Below are positions 53,081 through 62,549 of a DNA stretch of 64,000 nt, piece by piece. The stretch is from assembly GCA_036496585.1 (NCBI GenBank), contig DASXLB010000068.1, positions 10,781-74,780 on the forward strand, in the 5' to 3' direction. Source of the DNA: Vicinamibacterales bacterium (GTDB lineage Bacteria > Acidobacteriota > Vicinamibacteria > Vicinamibacterales > 2-12-FULL-66-21). Under the pieces are notes generated by a model that saw only the letters and a list, made by a program, of their open reading frames with translations, had not been told where the DNA came from and did not search any database. Position numbers and translations under genes: made by a program. Every line of letters begins with the position of its first letter. The stretch's first letter is position 1.

Positions 53081-55090
53081 GTGATGGAGCGCCGCTGGTT
53101 GCTGGCAAGACGAACGCCGTCGAGGACGACGATGGTGTCAGGGTTGGCCGTGGTGCTGGCCGCGTCCGTCGTCGCGACGCGACCGCATCCGGGCGGCGAC
53201 GGCGCACAGGCAGCCGCGACCAGGAACCCGGTCGCAGCCACGTCGGCCTCGCTCGCCGCAGGGAAACAGGCCTACGACGTGAACTGCGCGGCCTGCCACG
53301 GTCCGCTGGCGCAGGGAGCGGTGAAGGCCGGCAACCCCATTTCCATCATCGCCGAGCAGGGCGGCAAGCAGCCCCCCGACCTCACCGACCAGCAGTGGGA
53401 CCACGGATCGAGCGATGGTGAGATCTTCACGGCGATCAAGCGCGGCATTCCGCCGACGATGATGGGCGGCTGGGAAGGACGGCTGTCCGACACCGACATC
53501 TGGAACGTGGTCAACTATCTTCGCGCGCTGGCTGCCCACCAGACGGTCGCGGGTGCGCCGGCGGCAGCCGCAGCCGCGGCCGCGCCATCGAATCCGCGTG
53601 CGACGCTCCAACTGGCCGACTACGTGCAGATGCCGATTACGGGCGAGCTCGACGGCGAGAATACGCGCGGACAGTTGGCCCGGGTCAATTTTCTCCGCGA
53701 CGAGCCTGGCGGCCGCCGCTTCTTCGTCACCGATCTCAACGGCCCGCTCTACATCCTCGACAAACAGACGAAGCGCTTCACCGTTTATCTCGACTTCAAC
53801 GGGCGCGGCGGCCGTCCTGGCCTCTTCCCGAAGCTCACCTTCGAGAAGAACTTCGCGACCGGCCTGATCGACGTCGTCTTCGATCCCGACTACGCGCACA
53901 ACGGCGTCTTCTACACGATCCACATGGAGGACCCGACCACCGGCGGCGACGCGGCGCCGCGCGCGGGCGTGGTGCCCGGGCTCGATCTGTCCGGCTATCG
54001 CACGACGCCGGCGATCGTGAGTCCGACCGCGCCCGGGATGGTCATCGATCGTGAAGCGGTCGTGATCGAGTGGACCGATCGGAATACGGCCGACGCCACC
54101 TTCGAGGGGACGGCTCGCGAGCTGCTGCGGCTGCAGCTGCCCTCCCCGATCCATCCGCTTGGCGATCTCACGTTCAACCCGGCGGCGCGTCCCGGCGATC
54201 CGGAGTGGCGCGTCATGTACGTCGGCGTCGGCGACTCCGGGACCGGCGAACAGAAGGACATCCGCCGCCTGAACCCGCAGCGCCTCGACACGCTCAACGG
54301 CAAGATCCTCCGCATCGTGCCGGATCTCCGCGAGCACACGGCCACGAGTACGGTGAGCGACAACGGACGCTACCGCATTCCCGCCGACAACCCGTTTGTG
54401 GCGGTGCAGGGCGCGCGCAAGGAGATCTGGGCGGTTGGCCTGCGGAATCCGCATCGCCTCGTCTGGGACGTTGATCCCGCGCAGCCGCGCGCGCCGCGGC
54501 TGTTCGCGTTCGACATCGGCCTGACGACCTGGGAAACGGTCATGATCCTCAAGAGAGGCGCCAACTACGGCTATCCGCTGCGCGAGGGACCACAGGCGAT
54601 GACGCTCCAGGGGATGACCGCGGTGCCGGCCGACGACCAAATCCCGTGGCAGATCGACGAGACGGTCACCCGCGGCACTGTCAAGCCGACCTACCCGGTG
54701 ATTGCGTATCCGCACTCGGCTTCGGGTGGTGACGCCATCGCGGGCGGTTTCGTCTATCGCGGCAGCCGGGTGCCGCAGTTGAAAGGACGCCTCCTCTTCG
54801 GCGACATCACGACCGGTCACGTCTGGTACGCGGAGATGTCAGACGTGCTGGCCGCCGATGACGGCAATCCGACGACCCTGGCGGCCATGCACGAAGTGGA
54901 CGCCGGTTTGCGCCGCCTGGTGGAAGACACCTATCACGCGCGCGGCGGCCGCGGCGCCGCGCTGCCCGGCACGGCGGTGGTGGCGGGACGCGGCCGCGTC
55001 GATCTCCGGTTCGCCGAGGACGCGGCGGGGGAGCTGTACGTGCTGACGAAGAGCGACGGCATGATCCGCCAGGTCGTCGGCCTCAAGTAA
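53081..55090 (+). CDS. cytochrome c domain fused to a PQQ-dependent sugar/sorbosone dehydrogenase-like beta-propeller
   Basis: TACAAT (53048) and GGGGAGGA lie upstream. CAACHGP heme motif. ...RNPHRLVWD..., GANYGYPLREG propeller motifs. Confidence 0.85.
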   Translation: MMERRWLLARRTPSRTTMVSGLAVVLAASVVATRPHPGGDGAQAAATRNPVAATSASLAAGKQAYDVNCAACHGPLAQGAVKAGNPISIIAEQGGKQPPDLTDQQWDHGSSDGEIFTAIKRGIPPTMMGGWEGRLSDTDIWNVVNYLRALAAHQTVAGAPAAAAAAAAPSNPRATLQLADYVQMPITGELDGENTRGQLARVNFLRDEPGGRRFFVTDLNGPLYILDKQTKRFTVYLDFNGRGGRPGLFPKLTFEKNFATGLIDVVFDPDYAHNGVFYTIHMEDPTTGGDAAPRAGVVPGLDLSGYRTTPAIVSPTAPGMVIDREAVVIEWTDRNTADATFEGTARELLRLQLPSPIHPLGDLTFNPAARPGDPEWRVMYVGVGDSGTGEQKDIRRLNPQRLDTLNGKILRIVPDLREHTATSTVSDNGRYRIPADNPFVAVQGARKEIWAVGLRNPHRLVWDVDPAQPRAPRLFAFDIGLTTWETVMILKRGANYGYPLREGPQAMTLQGMTAVPADDQIPWQIDETVTRGTVKPTYPVIAYPHSASGGDAIAGGFVYRGSRVPQLKGRLLFGDITTGHVWYAEMSDVLAADDGNPTTLAAMHEVDAGLRRLVEDTYHARGGRGAALPGTAVVAGRGRVDLRFAEDAAGELYVLTKSDGMIRQVVGLK

Positions 55091-55113
55091 CGGATTGACT
55101 GGCTTGGCGAGTT

Positions 55114-55686
55114 ATGCCCGAAGAAGCTGAGATCGACACCGACACCGTTCGCGAGCATCTGCATCATGCGGCGCCGAGCCCGCTGCTGCGACGCGTCGCC
55201 CTGACGACCGCACTGCTCGCGGCGCTGGGCGCGGTCTCATCGCTGCGCGCCGGCGACACCGTCAACGAGGCCCTCGTCCTGAAGACCGAGGCGGGCCGCC
55301 TGCAGGCGGAAGCGTCGGACCAGTGGGCCTACTATCAGGCGAAGGGCATCAAGGCCCAGGTACAGGCGTCAGCGGCGTCGGCGTACGAGGCCGCGGGCAA
55401 GAGCGTGCCGCCGGCGGTCGCCGCCGCGGTCGCCAAGTACGCCGAGGACCAGAAGGAGATCGAGCACGCGGCGCGCGAGAAGGAGCACGAGCGCGACGAG
55501 GCGTCGGCCCAGGCCGACCAGTTGTTGCAACGGCACCGCCGCTTCGCCAACAGCGTCGCGTTCATCCAGGTGGCGATCGCGCTGGGTGCGGTTGCGGCGC
55601 TCACCCAGCAGCGGTCTGTCTGGTTCGCGTCGCTGGCGCTCGGCCTGGCAGGACTCGGCCTGTTCGCGATCACGGCGCTGCGGTAA
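55114..55686 (+). CDS. DUF4337-family membrane protein
   Basis: ...DQWAYYQAKGIKAQV... central motif with N- and C-terminal TM helices. 190 aa. Confidence 0.75.
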   Translation: MPEEAEIDTDTVREHLHHAAPSPLLRRVALTTALLAALGAVSSLRAGDTVNEALVLKTEAGRLQAEASDQWAYYQAKGIKAQVQASAASAYEAAGKSVPPAVAAAVAKYAEDQKEIEHAAREKEHERDEASAQADQLLQRHRRFANSVAFIQVAIALGAVAALTQQRSVWFASLALGLAGLGLFAITALR

Positions 55687-55778
55687 CTCGACCTGCCGGC
55701 AGTCTACGGGTCTGGCTCAGCGCCTGGGTAGCCAGCGATGCCGATCACTGGCGATGTCACGACCGACGGGTCGTGCGA

Positions 55779-56537
55779 ATGAGGTCGAAGATGCGAACGC
55801 AGGATATTGCCTACAAGGATGGTGAGGTCCCCCTCACTGGCTTTCTGGCTTGGGATGACACACGCGACGATCGGCGCCCGGGAATTCTCGTCGTCCATGG
55901 TGGCGCCGGCCTTGATGATCACGCCAGGAATCGCGCGCGCCGCCTCGCGGGACTCGGTTATGTGGCGTTCGCCTGCGACATGTACGGGGACGGCATCGCG
56001 GGCGACCGGCAACGCATCATGGCGCGCATCGCCGAGTTGCGCAGCGCTCCGGACCGGCTGTCCAGCCGTGCGCAGGCAGGTCTCGACCAGCTGGCCTCGC
56101 ATCCGCGCGTCGACGGTCGCGTGGCCGCCGTCGGGTACTGTTTCGGCGGCATGACGGTCCTCGAACTGGCGCGCGCCGGCGCCGATCTGGCCGGAGTCGT
56201 CAGCGTGCACGGCAGCCTGCTGACGCCCCGGCCGGCTCGGGACGGGACGATCAGGGCAAGCGTGCTGGTTTGCCATGGCGCTCTGGATCCACACGTTCCG
56301 CTCGCTCAAGTCACCACCTTCATCGAGGAGATGAACGGCGCGCGTGCCGACTGGCAGCTCATCGCATACGGCAACGCGATGCACGGCTTCACTCACGAGG
56401 ACGCCGCCAGCCATCCGATGCCAGGTGTGGCATATGACGCCCGCACCGACGCCCGGTCATGGACCGCGATGCACACCTTCTTCGAAGAAGTCTTCGCCCT
56501 CGACCGACACGCGTTCAATGATGAAGGGGTCGTCTAG
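55779..56537 (+). CDS. dienelactone hydrolase family protein
   Basis: ATG 55779 or 55791. ILVVHGGAGLDD, GYCFGG nucleophile motif, HGALDPHV, MHGFTHE. ORF codons upstream are rejected. Confidence 0.88.
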   Translation: MRSKMRTQDIAYKDGEVPLTGFLAWDDTRDDRRPGILVVHGGAGLDDHARNRARRLAGLGYVAFACDMYGDGIAGDRQRIMARIAELRSAPDRLSSRAQAGLDQLASHPRVDGRVAAVGYCFGGMTVLELARAGADLAGVVSVHGSLLTPRPARDGTIRASVLVCHGALDPHVPLAQVTTFIEEMNGARADWQLIAYGNAMHGFTHEDAASHPMPGVAYDARTDARSWTAMHTFFEEVFALDRHAFNDEGVV

Positions 56538-56561
56538 CGGGGGCCTCGAGGCGGCCGGCGA

Positions 56562-58865
56562 TCATCGCTGCTTCCTTCGCGCCAGCGTTGCAGCCGCAGC
56601 CATCAATTCCGCGGGTTCGATCGGCTTCGACAGATGCACTTCGAAGCCGCTCTGCATGGATCGCACCCGGTCTTCTGAACGAGCAAACGCCGTCAATGCG
56701 GCAGCCGGGATCTCTCGAACGGCAGCGTCTGTAGACGCTCGCACCTGGGCGATGAACGCAAAGCCGTCCATCGTGGGCATTCCCAAGTCCGCGATGAGGA
56801 CGTTGGGCCGGTGCCGGTGAACCTTCTCGAGCGCATCGCGACCGTTGTCGGCGGTGATGACGGTGGCGCCTGTCGTCTCGAGGATCTCACGGGACAACGC
56901 CAGCGAATCCGGTTCGTCGTCCACGATCAGGATACGAACGCCATCCAACTTTGGAACCGATAGCTTGTTGCTCTGGCGTGATACGACCGGGTGATCGCGG
57001 AACTTCTCGTCAGCGGCCGTGTGCACGGTTCGCACCGGAAGCTCCACCCGGAACGTTGCGCCGCGGCCCACCCCATCGCTCAGTGCCGAGATGCGACCGC
57101 CTTGCAGCTCCACGAGATGGCGGCAGATCGCCAGACCCAGGCCGAGACCGCTGTGATGGCGATCCGCGCCCGCATCAGCCTGGCTGAAACGTTCGAACAG
57201 GTGGGGCAGGAATTCCGCTGGAATGCCGATGCCGTTGTCGCTGACGGTCAGCTCGATGTGCGAGTTCACCCGCTCCAGGCGGACCTGGACGCGCCCGCCC
57301 TTCTGGGAGAACTTGATCGCGTTCGAGCAGAGATTCCACAGGACCTGTCGAAGACGATCGGCATCGCCCGACACGAGTGTTCCGCGCGGATCGACGATGA
57401 CGTCGAGGCGGATGCTCTTCGCGTCCGCGGCGGGTTGGGCCGTCTCGACCGCCTCCCGAACGATGGTGGACATCTCGATCGGCTGGACGTTCAGCCGCAG
57501 CTTGCCTGACACGATTCTGGACACGTCGAGCACGTCCTCGATCATCTGCGTCAGCGATGAGGTATTTCTCACGATCGTGTCGATGGCCCGGTGCTGCTTG
57601 TCCGGTGTCACCAGTCCGGCCTGCATCATCCGCGCATATCCGGCGATCGCGTTGAGGGGCGTCCGCAGCTCGTGAGACAACGTCGCCAGAAACTCGTCCT
57701 TCAGGCGGTTCGCGGCCCTCGCCATCTCCAGCAACCGGCGGCGCTCTTCGTCGGCGCGCGCGCGCTCGGTGATGTCCCGGGCGATTTTGGATGCCCCCAC
57801 GACCACACCTTCGCCGTTCAAGACGGGTGACACGGTCAGGGAGACGGGAAACCGCGTTCCGTCCTTCCTCTGTCGAACCGTCTCGTAGTGCTCCAGCTTG
57901 TCGCCGCGGGTGATCCGCCGCAGAACGTCGTCCTCTTCGTGCTGACGATCCTCGGGAATCAGCATGCGGACGGACTTTCCGATCGCCTCCTCGGCGCTGT
58001 AACCGAACATCTGTTGGGCCGCCGCATTCCAGGATGTGATGGTGCTGTTGAGGTCCTTCCCGACGATGGCATCGTCACTCGAATCGACGATCGCCGCGAG
58101 CCGCAAGGCATCGCGCTGGATGCGTTGCGAGCGACTGAGGTCACGAGCGACCTTCGATGCGCCGACGATGGTGCCTGACCCGTCGCGGATGGGAGACACG
58201 GTCAGCGAGATCGGAACGAGGGTGCCATCGCGCCGCTGACGAACCGTCTCGAAGTGATCGACGGTCTCGCCCCGGCGAACGGCGCTGAGGACGCGATCCT
58301 CTTCCGTCTGCCGGTCCGGCGGGACGATGAGTCGGATTGACTGCCCGATGATCTCGGAGGCCGCGTACCCGAACAGCCTCTCCGCCGCGGCGTTCCACGT
58401 CACGACGATGCCGTCGAGCGTCTTGCTGACGATCGCATCGTCGCTCGACGCGACGATGGCAGCGAGATGGCGGGCATCGCGCTCCAACCGCTTCCCCGAC
58501 GTCACGTCCCTGGCAATCTGCGCGACGCCGATGACCGTACCGTCAGCAGCCTTGATTGGGGAGGCGCTCAGCGAGATATCAACGGCGCTGCCATCCTTCG
58601 CCCGACGGGTCGTCTCGTGGTGGTCGACGGCTTTCCCCGCGCGCACCTGGCTGAAAATCTGGCTTTCCTGCTGCTGCAGCTCCGACGGGATGATGAGTCG
58701 AATCGATTGGCCGATGGCCTCCTGGGCACTGTAGCCAAACATGCGTTCGGCGGCTGCGTTCCACGAGGCGATCGTCCCGTCGAGGTCATGGGCAACGATC
58801 GCGTCGTCGGATGACGCGACGATGGCACTCAGGCTGAGCTGGCCGTCGTCCAGCGGGTTCGACAC
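56562..58865 (-). CDS. triple-PAS hybrid sensor histidine kinase / response regulator
   Basis: Three PAS repeats (IV(A/D)SSDDAIV... x3). LATLSHELRTPLN, NLCSNAIKFS, DNGIGI, GLGLGLAI. C-terminal receiver ILIVDDEPD...ADLGMPTMDG...LSKP. Confidence 0.92.
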   Translation of the reverse strand: MSNPLDDGQLSLSAIVASSDDAIVAHDLDGTIASWNAAAERMFGYSAQEAIGQSIRLIIPSELQQQESQIFSQVRAGKAVDHHETTRRAKDGSAVDISLSASPIKAADGTVIGVAQIARDVTSGKRLERDARHLAAIVASSDDAIVSKTLDGIVVTWNAAAERLFGYAASEIIGQSIRLIVPPDRQTEEDRVLSAVRRGETVDHFETVRQRRDGTLVPISLTVSPIRDGSGTIVGASKVARDLSRSQRIQRDALRLAAIVDSSDDAIVGKDLNSTITSWNAAAQQMFGYSAEEAIGKSVRMLIPEDRQHEEDDVLRRITRGDKLEHYETVRQRKDGTRFPVSLTVSPVLNGEGVVVGASKIARDITERARADEERRRLLEMARAANRLKDEFLATLSHELRTPLNAIAGYARMMQAGLVTPDKQHRAIDTIVRNTSSLTQMIEDVLDVSRIVSGKLRLNVQPIEMSTIVREAVETAQPAADAKSIRLDVIVDPRGTLVSGDADRLRQVLWNLCSNAIKFSQKGGRVQVRLERVNSHIELTVSDNGIGIPAEFLPHLFERFSQADAGADRHHSGLGLGLAICRHLVELQGGRISALSDGVGRGATFRVELPVRTVHTAADEKFRDHPVVSRQSNKLSVPKLDGVRILIVDDEPDSLALSREILETTGATVITADNGRDALEKVHRHRPNVLIADLGMPTMDGFAFIAQVRASTDAAVREIPAAALTAFARSEDRVRSMQSGFEVHLSKPIEPAELMAAAATLARRKQR

Positions 58866-58872
58866 GAGTGCT

Positions 58873-58878
58873 ACTGTA
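58873..58878 (-). promoter_or_regulatory. -10-like box TACAGT (minus strand), 7 nt before GTG 58865
   Basis: Plus-strand ACTGTA is TACAGT on the minus strand. No SD. Confidence 0.35.
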
Positions 58879-58922
58879 TCGATCGCGCCACGAATTGGCG
58901 AACCTCCGCCACCGCTGTGGGC

Positions 58923-58928
58923 TACTCT
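58923..58928 (+). promoter_or_regulatory. -10-like box TACTCT, 9 nt before ATG 58938
   Basis: TACTCT. Gap is GAGCGACGT. Confidence 0.3.
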
Positions 58929-58937
58929 GAGCGACGT

Positions 58938-59855
58938 ATGCCCGTCCGATTCGGAGCGGTTCTGTCGATTGCGATGGTTGCGTCAGTGGTGAGCCAATGG
59001 CGCGATCCCTCACCGCACCAAGTGCGGTCCGTGACCGTGGATGGCACGACCCGACTTGAAGTGCTCGATTGGGGCGGTTCGGGCCGACCGGTGTTGTTTG
59101 TCGGGTGCTACCTGACTGCACACGTGTACGACGACATCGCACCGAAGCTCATCGACCAGTTTCACGTCTATGCGGTGACACGACGCGGCGTGGGCGCATC
59201 CGATCACGCCTCGACCGGCTACGACCCACAGCAACGCGCCGACGACATTGTCGGCGTGATCACCGCCTTGGGAATGCAGAAGCCGATTCTGATTGGCAAC
59301 TCCTGCGGAGGGGCAATCCTGCACGCCCTCGGCGTGCAGCATCCCGATCGCATCGGCGGCCTGCTGTACCTCGATGCGGCCGAAGATCCGACGCTGAAGT
59401 TGTCGGACTACAAGAGCCCGCCCGTTGATCGGGCGCATCTGCCTCAACACGTTGAACGGAAGGACCCATCGCGGGCATTGCCGGAGGCCGAGACACGCCA
59501 GTTGGAACGGTGGCCGCTCGATCCGGCGATTCGAAAGGCGATCACCCAGGACAACAACATCCGCCCGGATTACGCGCACATCTCCGTCCCTGTGCTCGCG
59601 ATCTTCAGAACTACGACGTGGGACGATGTACTTGCGGACTACCCGCCGAAAAACGACCAGGAACGTGCCGCGCTGGCCCAGGAGTATGCCGCGGGTGCCG
59701 CAATGCTCTCGAGATGGGAGGGCGATCTGCGCCGGGGCGTGCCGACGGCGCAGATCATCGAGCTGCCGGGCGCGAGCCTCTACATGTTCCTTACGAATGA
59801 AGCGGACGTCATCCGTGAATTGCGCGGCTTTGCGGCGTCGTTGCCGCGCAGTTGA
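58938..59855 (+). CDS. secreted alpha/beta hydrolase
   Basis: MPVRFGAVLSIAMVASVVSQW signal peptide; the ORF track starts at 58917. GNSCGG nucleophile elbow. Confidence 0.85.
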   Translation: MPVRFGAVLSIAMVASVVSQWRDPSPHQVRSVTVDGTTRLEVLDWGGSGRPVLFVGCYLTAHVYDDIAPKLIDQFHVYAVTRRGVGASDHASTGYDPQQRADDIVGVITALGMQKPILIGNSCGGAILHALGVQHPDRIGGLLYLDAAEDPTLKLSDYKSPPVDRAHLPQHVERKDPSRALPEAETRQLERWPLDPAIRKAITQDNNIRPDYAHISVPVLAIFRTTTWDDVLADYPPKNDQERAALAQEYAAGAAMLSRWEGDLRRGVPTAQIIELPGASLYMFLTNEADVIRELRGFAASLPRS

Positions 59856-59888
59856 CCGCGCCGGCTGGCATCCTGACGCGGACTGAGT

Positions 59889-59933
59889 TGGCGCGCCCGG
59901 CAGGACTCGAACCTGCGACCCCCGGCTTAGAAG
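59889..59933 (-). pseudogene. tRNA-Arg(TCT) 3' fragment: anticodon loop through CCA, with no 5' half
   Basis: Minus strand reads CTTCTAA-GCCGG-GGGTC-GCAGG-TTCGAGT-CCTGC-CGGGCGC-G-CCA. The matching 5' anticodon stem (CCGGC) and acceptor strand (GCGCCCG) are absent upstream. Confidence 0.8.
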
Positions 59934-59996
59934 CGCTCGTCCAGAAGGTGCGCGGTCGAAGAGCCGCCTGAACCCCATGAGTTTGCGCTTTCTTGT

Positions 59997-60039
59997 CCTG
60001 TCACGCCGGAGGTCGCGAGTTCGAGCCTCGTCGACCCCG
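59997..60039 (+). pseudogene. tRNA-Asp(GTC) 3' fragment: anticodon loop through discriminator, with no 5' half
   Basis: CCTGTCAC-GCCGG-AGGTC-GCGAG-TTCGAGC-CTCGT-CGACCCC-G. The 5' stem (CCGGC) and acceptor strand (GGGGTCG) are absent. No CCA is encoded. Confidence 0.8.
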
Positions 60040-60205
60040 CTATTTATTCTTTACAAGCCAATAACTTCCAGACAGTCGATTGGGTTGGCCGCAACCCGGT
60101 CGATGGCTGGGGGTGCATTAGGAGTGCGGCGCGCTGGTCGTGCACGCGCGGCCGTTGGCATTTCCTCGATCGGCAGATGGTTGGCTGCGCAGTTGCCGCG
60201 GACGG

Positions 60206-60541
60206 TCATGGTATCGGACGCGACGTGCTGCCGTCCGCCTCGACGTGCATCGCGCGGCCGTCGGCATGATGCACGTCGACCGTCCCGTCGGGGTGACTGA
60301 CCGTGTATCCGCCGTCATCGGTCGCAGTTCGAACCGAGTGGTGCAAAGGCGGAGCGTTGACGCCGCCTCCCGATTCGAGACTCGGCGGCGCTGAGCCGGT
60401 AGGCTGTCCGGCGGCGTTGTAGTTCGTGGTCGCTCCGTCCTGTGCGGTGATCGTCGTTGTGCCGTCAGCATTGCCGGTAACGAAGCGCCCATCCGGAAGC
60501 TGGGCGCCGTAGGTATCGGGGCCGGTGCTCGTGGCCGTCAC
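60206..60541 (-). CDS. Thr/Gly/Asp-rich hypothetical protein, probably 5'-truncated
   Basis: GTG 60541 lies 7 nt after GGAGGG. The frame stays open and protein-like (APTSAAPGAPAPSASTGPGGLTINQ...) for ~70 codons upstream with no canonical start. Confidence 0.45.
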   Translation of the reverse strand: MTATSTGPDTYGAQLPDGRFVTGNADGTTTITAQDGATTNYNAAGQPTGSAPPSLESGGGVNAPPLHHSVRTATDDGGYTVSHPDGTVDVHHADGRAMHVEADGSTSRPIP

Positions 60542-60658
60542 CGTCGTGCCCTCCGGCGTCGTGACGTTGGTCGCGCCATTCGCTTGATTGATCGTCAGTC
60601 CTCCCGGTCCCGTCGATGCCGAAGGCGCGGGTGCGCCCGGAGCGGCGCTCGTGGGTGC

Positions 60659-60922
60659 ATGAAGAAGATGATGAGCGGTCTCGGGCCCATGGCCCAGAGC
60701 GGTGCCGAGCTGGCGGAGAAGATGAAGGCCATGAAGGGATATCCCGTCGCCACCTCAATGAAGATGGACATCATGGGGCAGAAGACCACCAGCGAGACCG
60801 AAGTGATCGAGGTCCGCAGGGGGGTGATTCCAGCTTCCACGTGGGAGATCCCGGCCGGCGACACGAAGATCGAAAACCCCATGCTGAAGGCCTTTGACGG
60901 TCACGGCGGCCGCCGAAGCTGA
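60659..60922 (+). pseudogene. C-terminal fragment of a DUF4412-like periplasmic protein
   Basis: MKKMMSGLGPMAQSGAELAEKMKAMKGYPVATSMKMDIMGQKTTSETEVIEVRRGVIPASTWEIPAGDTKIENP resembles only the C-terminal third of that family (by eye). No N-terminal part or signal peptide. Confidence 0.45.
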
Positions 60923-61118
60923 GTCTTCGCCAGCACCCGGTTCTTTGGTCTCGGCGGATCCGCTACGACCGCGTCGTCGCGGCTGCTTCGGGTCGTGCCG
61001 CCCGGATGCTGAGACACACTCGCGACAAATCTTCCGACTTCGTCCAATCCAACTGCCGCAAGCGACGGGTCGGCGGCGCAGTGGTTATGAGACGTCGCAG
61101 GGCAGCACGGAAGCGCCG

Positions 61119-61409
61119 TCAGCCAGTGCTGGTCTTCTGCAGCAGCCGCAGGGCCGGAATCGGCAGACGCACCGGGCGCCGCGCACGTTTGAACGTTCGG
61201 GCGCGGCTCGCGAGCGGCTCTTCCACGTCCTGTTCGAGATACCGACGCTGCAGCCACCCCATCAGGATTTTCGGCAGCCGCGTCGTCCGGCGATCGGGAT
61301 CGCCGTCCCACCGATGGATCTGACCGCCGTGCGGCAGATCCGGCGGCAGCGCCCGCGTCATGAGTTGCTCGAAGGCGCGGAAGCGCTCCGGGTCGAATGT
61401 GTGTATCAC
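61119..61409 (-). CDS. 96-aa hypothetical protein, family not recognised
   Basis: GTG 61409 lies 25 nt downstream of the AI-2E gene stop. GC3-rich codons. Could be another gene fragment. Confidence 0.3.
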   Translation of the reverse strand: MIHTFDPERFRAFEQLMTRALPPDLPHGGQIHRWDGDPDRRTTRLPKILMGWLQRRYLEQDVEEPLASRARTFKRARRPVRLPIPALRLLQKTSTG

Positions 61410-61434
61410 TTGGTCTCAGACGACTATAGGCACA

Positions 61435-62541
61435 TCAGGCGGATTGGGCTGTGCTGGACAGCACACCCTCAACCCGCCAGGCGAGTGCGTGGCGAATGGC
61501 CACCGAGACCACAGCCACGGCGGGCACGGCGAGAAAGACGCCGGCGATGCCGCCAAGCTCGGCGCCAGCCAGCACCGCGACGATGACCGCGAGCGGATGC
61601 AGCGGCAGGCCGCGGCGAATCAGGCGCGGGTAGACGACGTAGTCCTGCACGATTCGCAGGACGCCGAGAAACCCGACCGCCCACAGGCCCAGGATCGGCG
61701 AGTGCAACGCGGCGGCAATCGTCACCACCACCGCGACGAGGAGCGGCCCGACGAGCGGAATGAACTCCAGCATTCCGGCCAGGATCCCGAGCGGCACCGG
61801 ATACGGAATTCCGATCGCGGCGAACCCGACGCCGCAGGACGTCCCGACCAGCAGACACGCCAGCAGTTGCGCACGGATGTAGGCGGCCAGCGTCGCGTTG
61901 AGATCCTCGAACAGGCGGTGGCCGCGCAGCCGCAGCCGGTGCGGCAGGGCCGTGACGATGGTGCGGCGGATGTCCGACGCATCCTTCAACAGGAAAAACG
62001 CGAGAATGGGAACCAGCATCAACCACGGCACGCCGGAGAGACCGCGCGCCAACGACAGCAGCACTCGCTGTATCGCGTCGCCGCTCGCCGCGCCTGCGGC
62101 GAGCGCGAACTCGTCGATGCGATGCCGCAGCGGGATCGGAATCCGCATCCGCTCGTAGTAACGGGACCAGCCGTGCTCCCACGCCATGAACGACTGCGTC
62201 GATGCCGGTGCGGCGGAGACCATCTCGGTCACCTGCTCGGCCGCGATCGGCAGCAGCGCGACTGCCCCCGTCGCAGTCGATCCCGCCAGCACCAAATAAA
62301 CGACGGCGATCGCGGCCGGCCTGGGAAGACGGACCCGGCGCGGCCCGATCCGGATCGGCCTCTCGGCCCCCTGCACCAGCGGCGCGACAAGGTAGGCGAA
62401 AAGGGCCGACGCAATCAGTACCAGGATGACCGACGCCAGCCGGTACGCGAGCCACAGCCCGACGGCCGCGGCCGCGACGATCAGAACGACGGCGAGCAGG
62501 ACGCGGAGCTGCGACGGGAAGGCCCGCAGGGACTCGTTCAC
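61435..62541 (-). CDS. AI-2E family transporter (PerM/YhhT-like)
   Basis: 368 aa with about 8 TM helices. ...GILAGMLEFIPLVGPLL... conserved motif. Confidence 0.9.
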   Translation of the reverse strand: MNESLRAFPSQLRVLLAVVLIVAAAAVGLWLAYRLASVILVLIASALFAYLVAPLVQGAERPIRIGPRRVRLPRPAAIAVVYLVLAGSTATGAVALLPIAAEQVTEMVSAAPASTQSFMAWEHGWSRYYERMRIPIPLRHRIDEFALAAGAASGDAIQRVLLSLARGLSGVPWLMLVPILAFFLLKDASDIRRTIVTALPHRLRLRGHRLFEDLNATLAAYIRAQLLACLLVGTSCGVGFAAIGIPYPVPLGILAGMLEFIPLVGPLLVAVVVTIAAALHSPILGLWAVGFLGVLRIVQDYVVYPRLIRRGLPLHPLAVIVAVLAGAELGGIAGVFLAVPAVAVVSVAIRHALAWRVEGVLSSTAQSA

Positions 62542-62549
62542 GATCGTAA

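Noticed and set aside
59889-60039. Intact tRNA genes, or a tmRNA 3' end
   Set aside because: Neither fragment has a complementary 5' acceptor strand or 5' anticodon stem within 100 nt. For a tmRNA, the required 5' GGGGTCG... partner would fall inside the alpha/beta hydrolase CDS, and it is not present there.
60082-60097. Hairpin GGGTTG-GCCG-CAACCC as a terminator for the Thr/Gly-rich ORF
   Set aside because: The stem is only 6 bp and there is no T/U tract on either strand. It is too weak to call.
60595-60882. 95-aa hydrophobic minus-strand ORF
   Set aside because: It is exactly antisense to the DUF4412-like fragment. Its hydrophobicity is the mirror of a Lys/Glu/Met-rich sense strand, and there is no SD.
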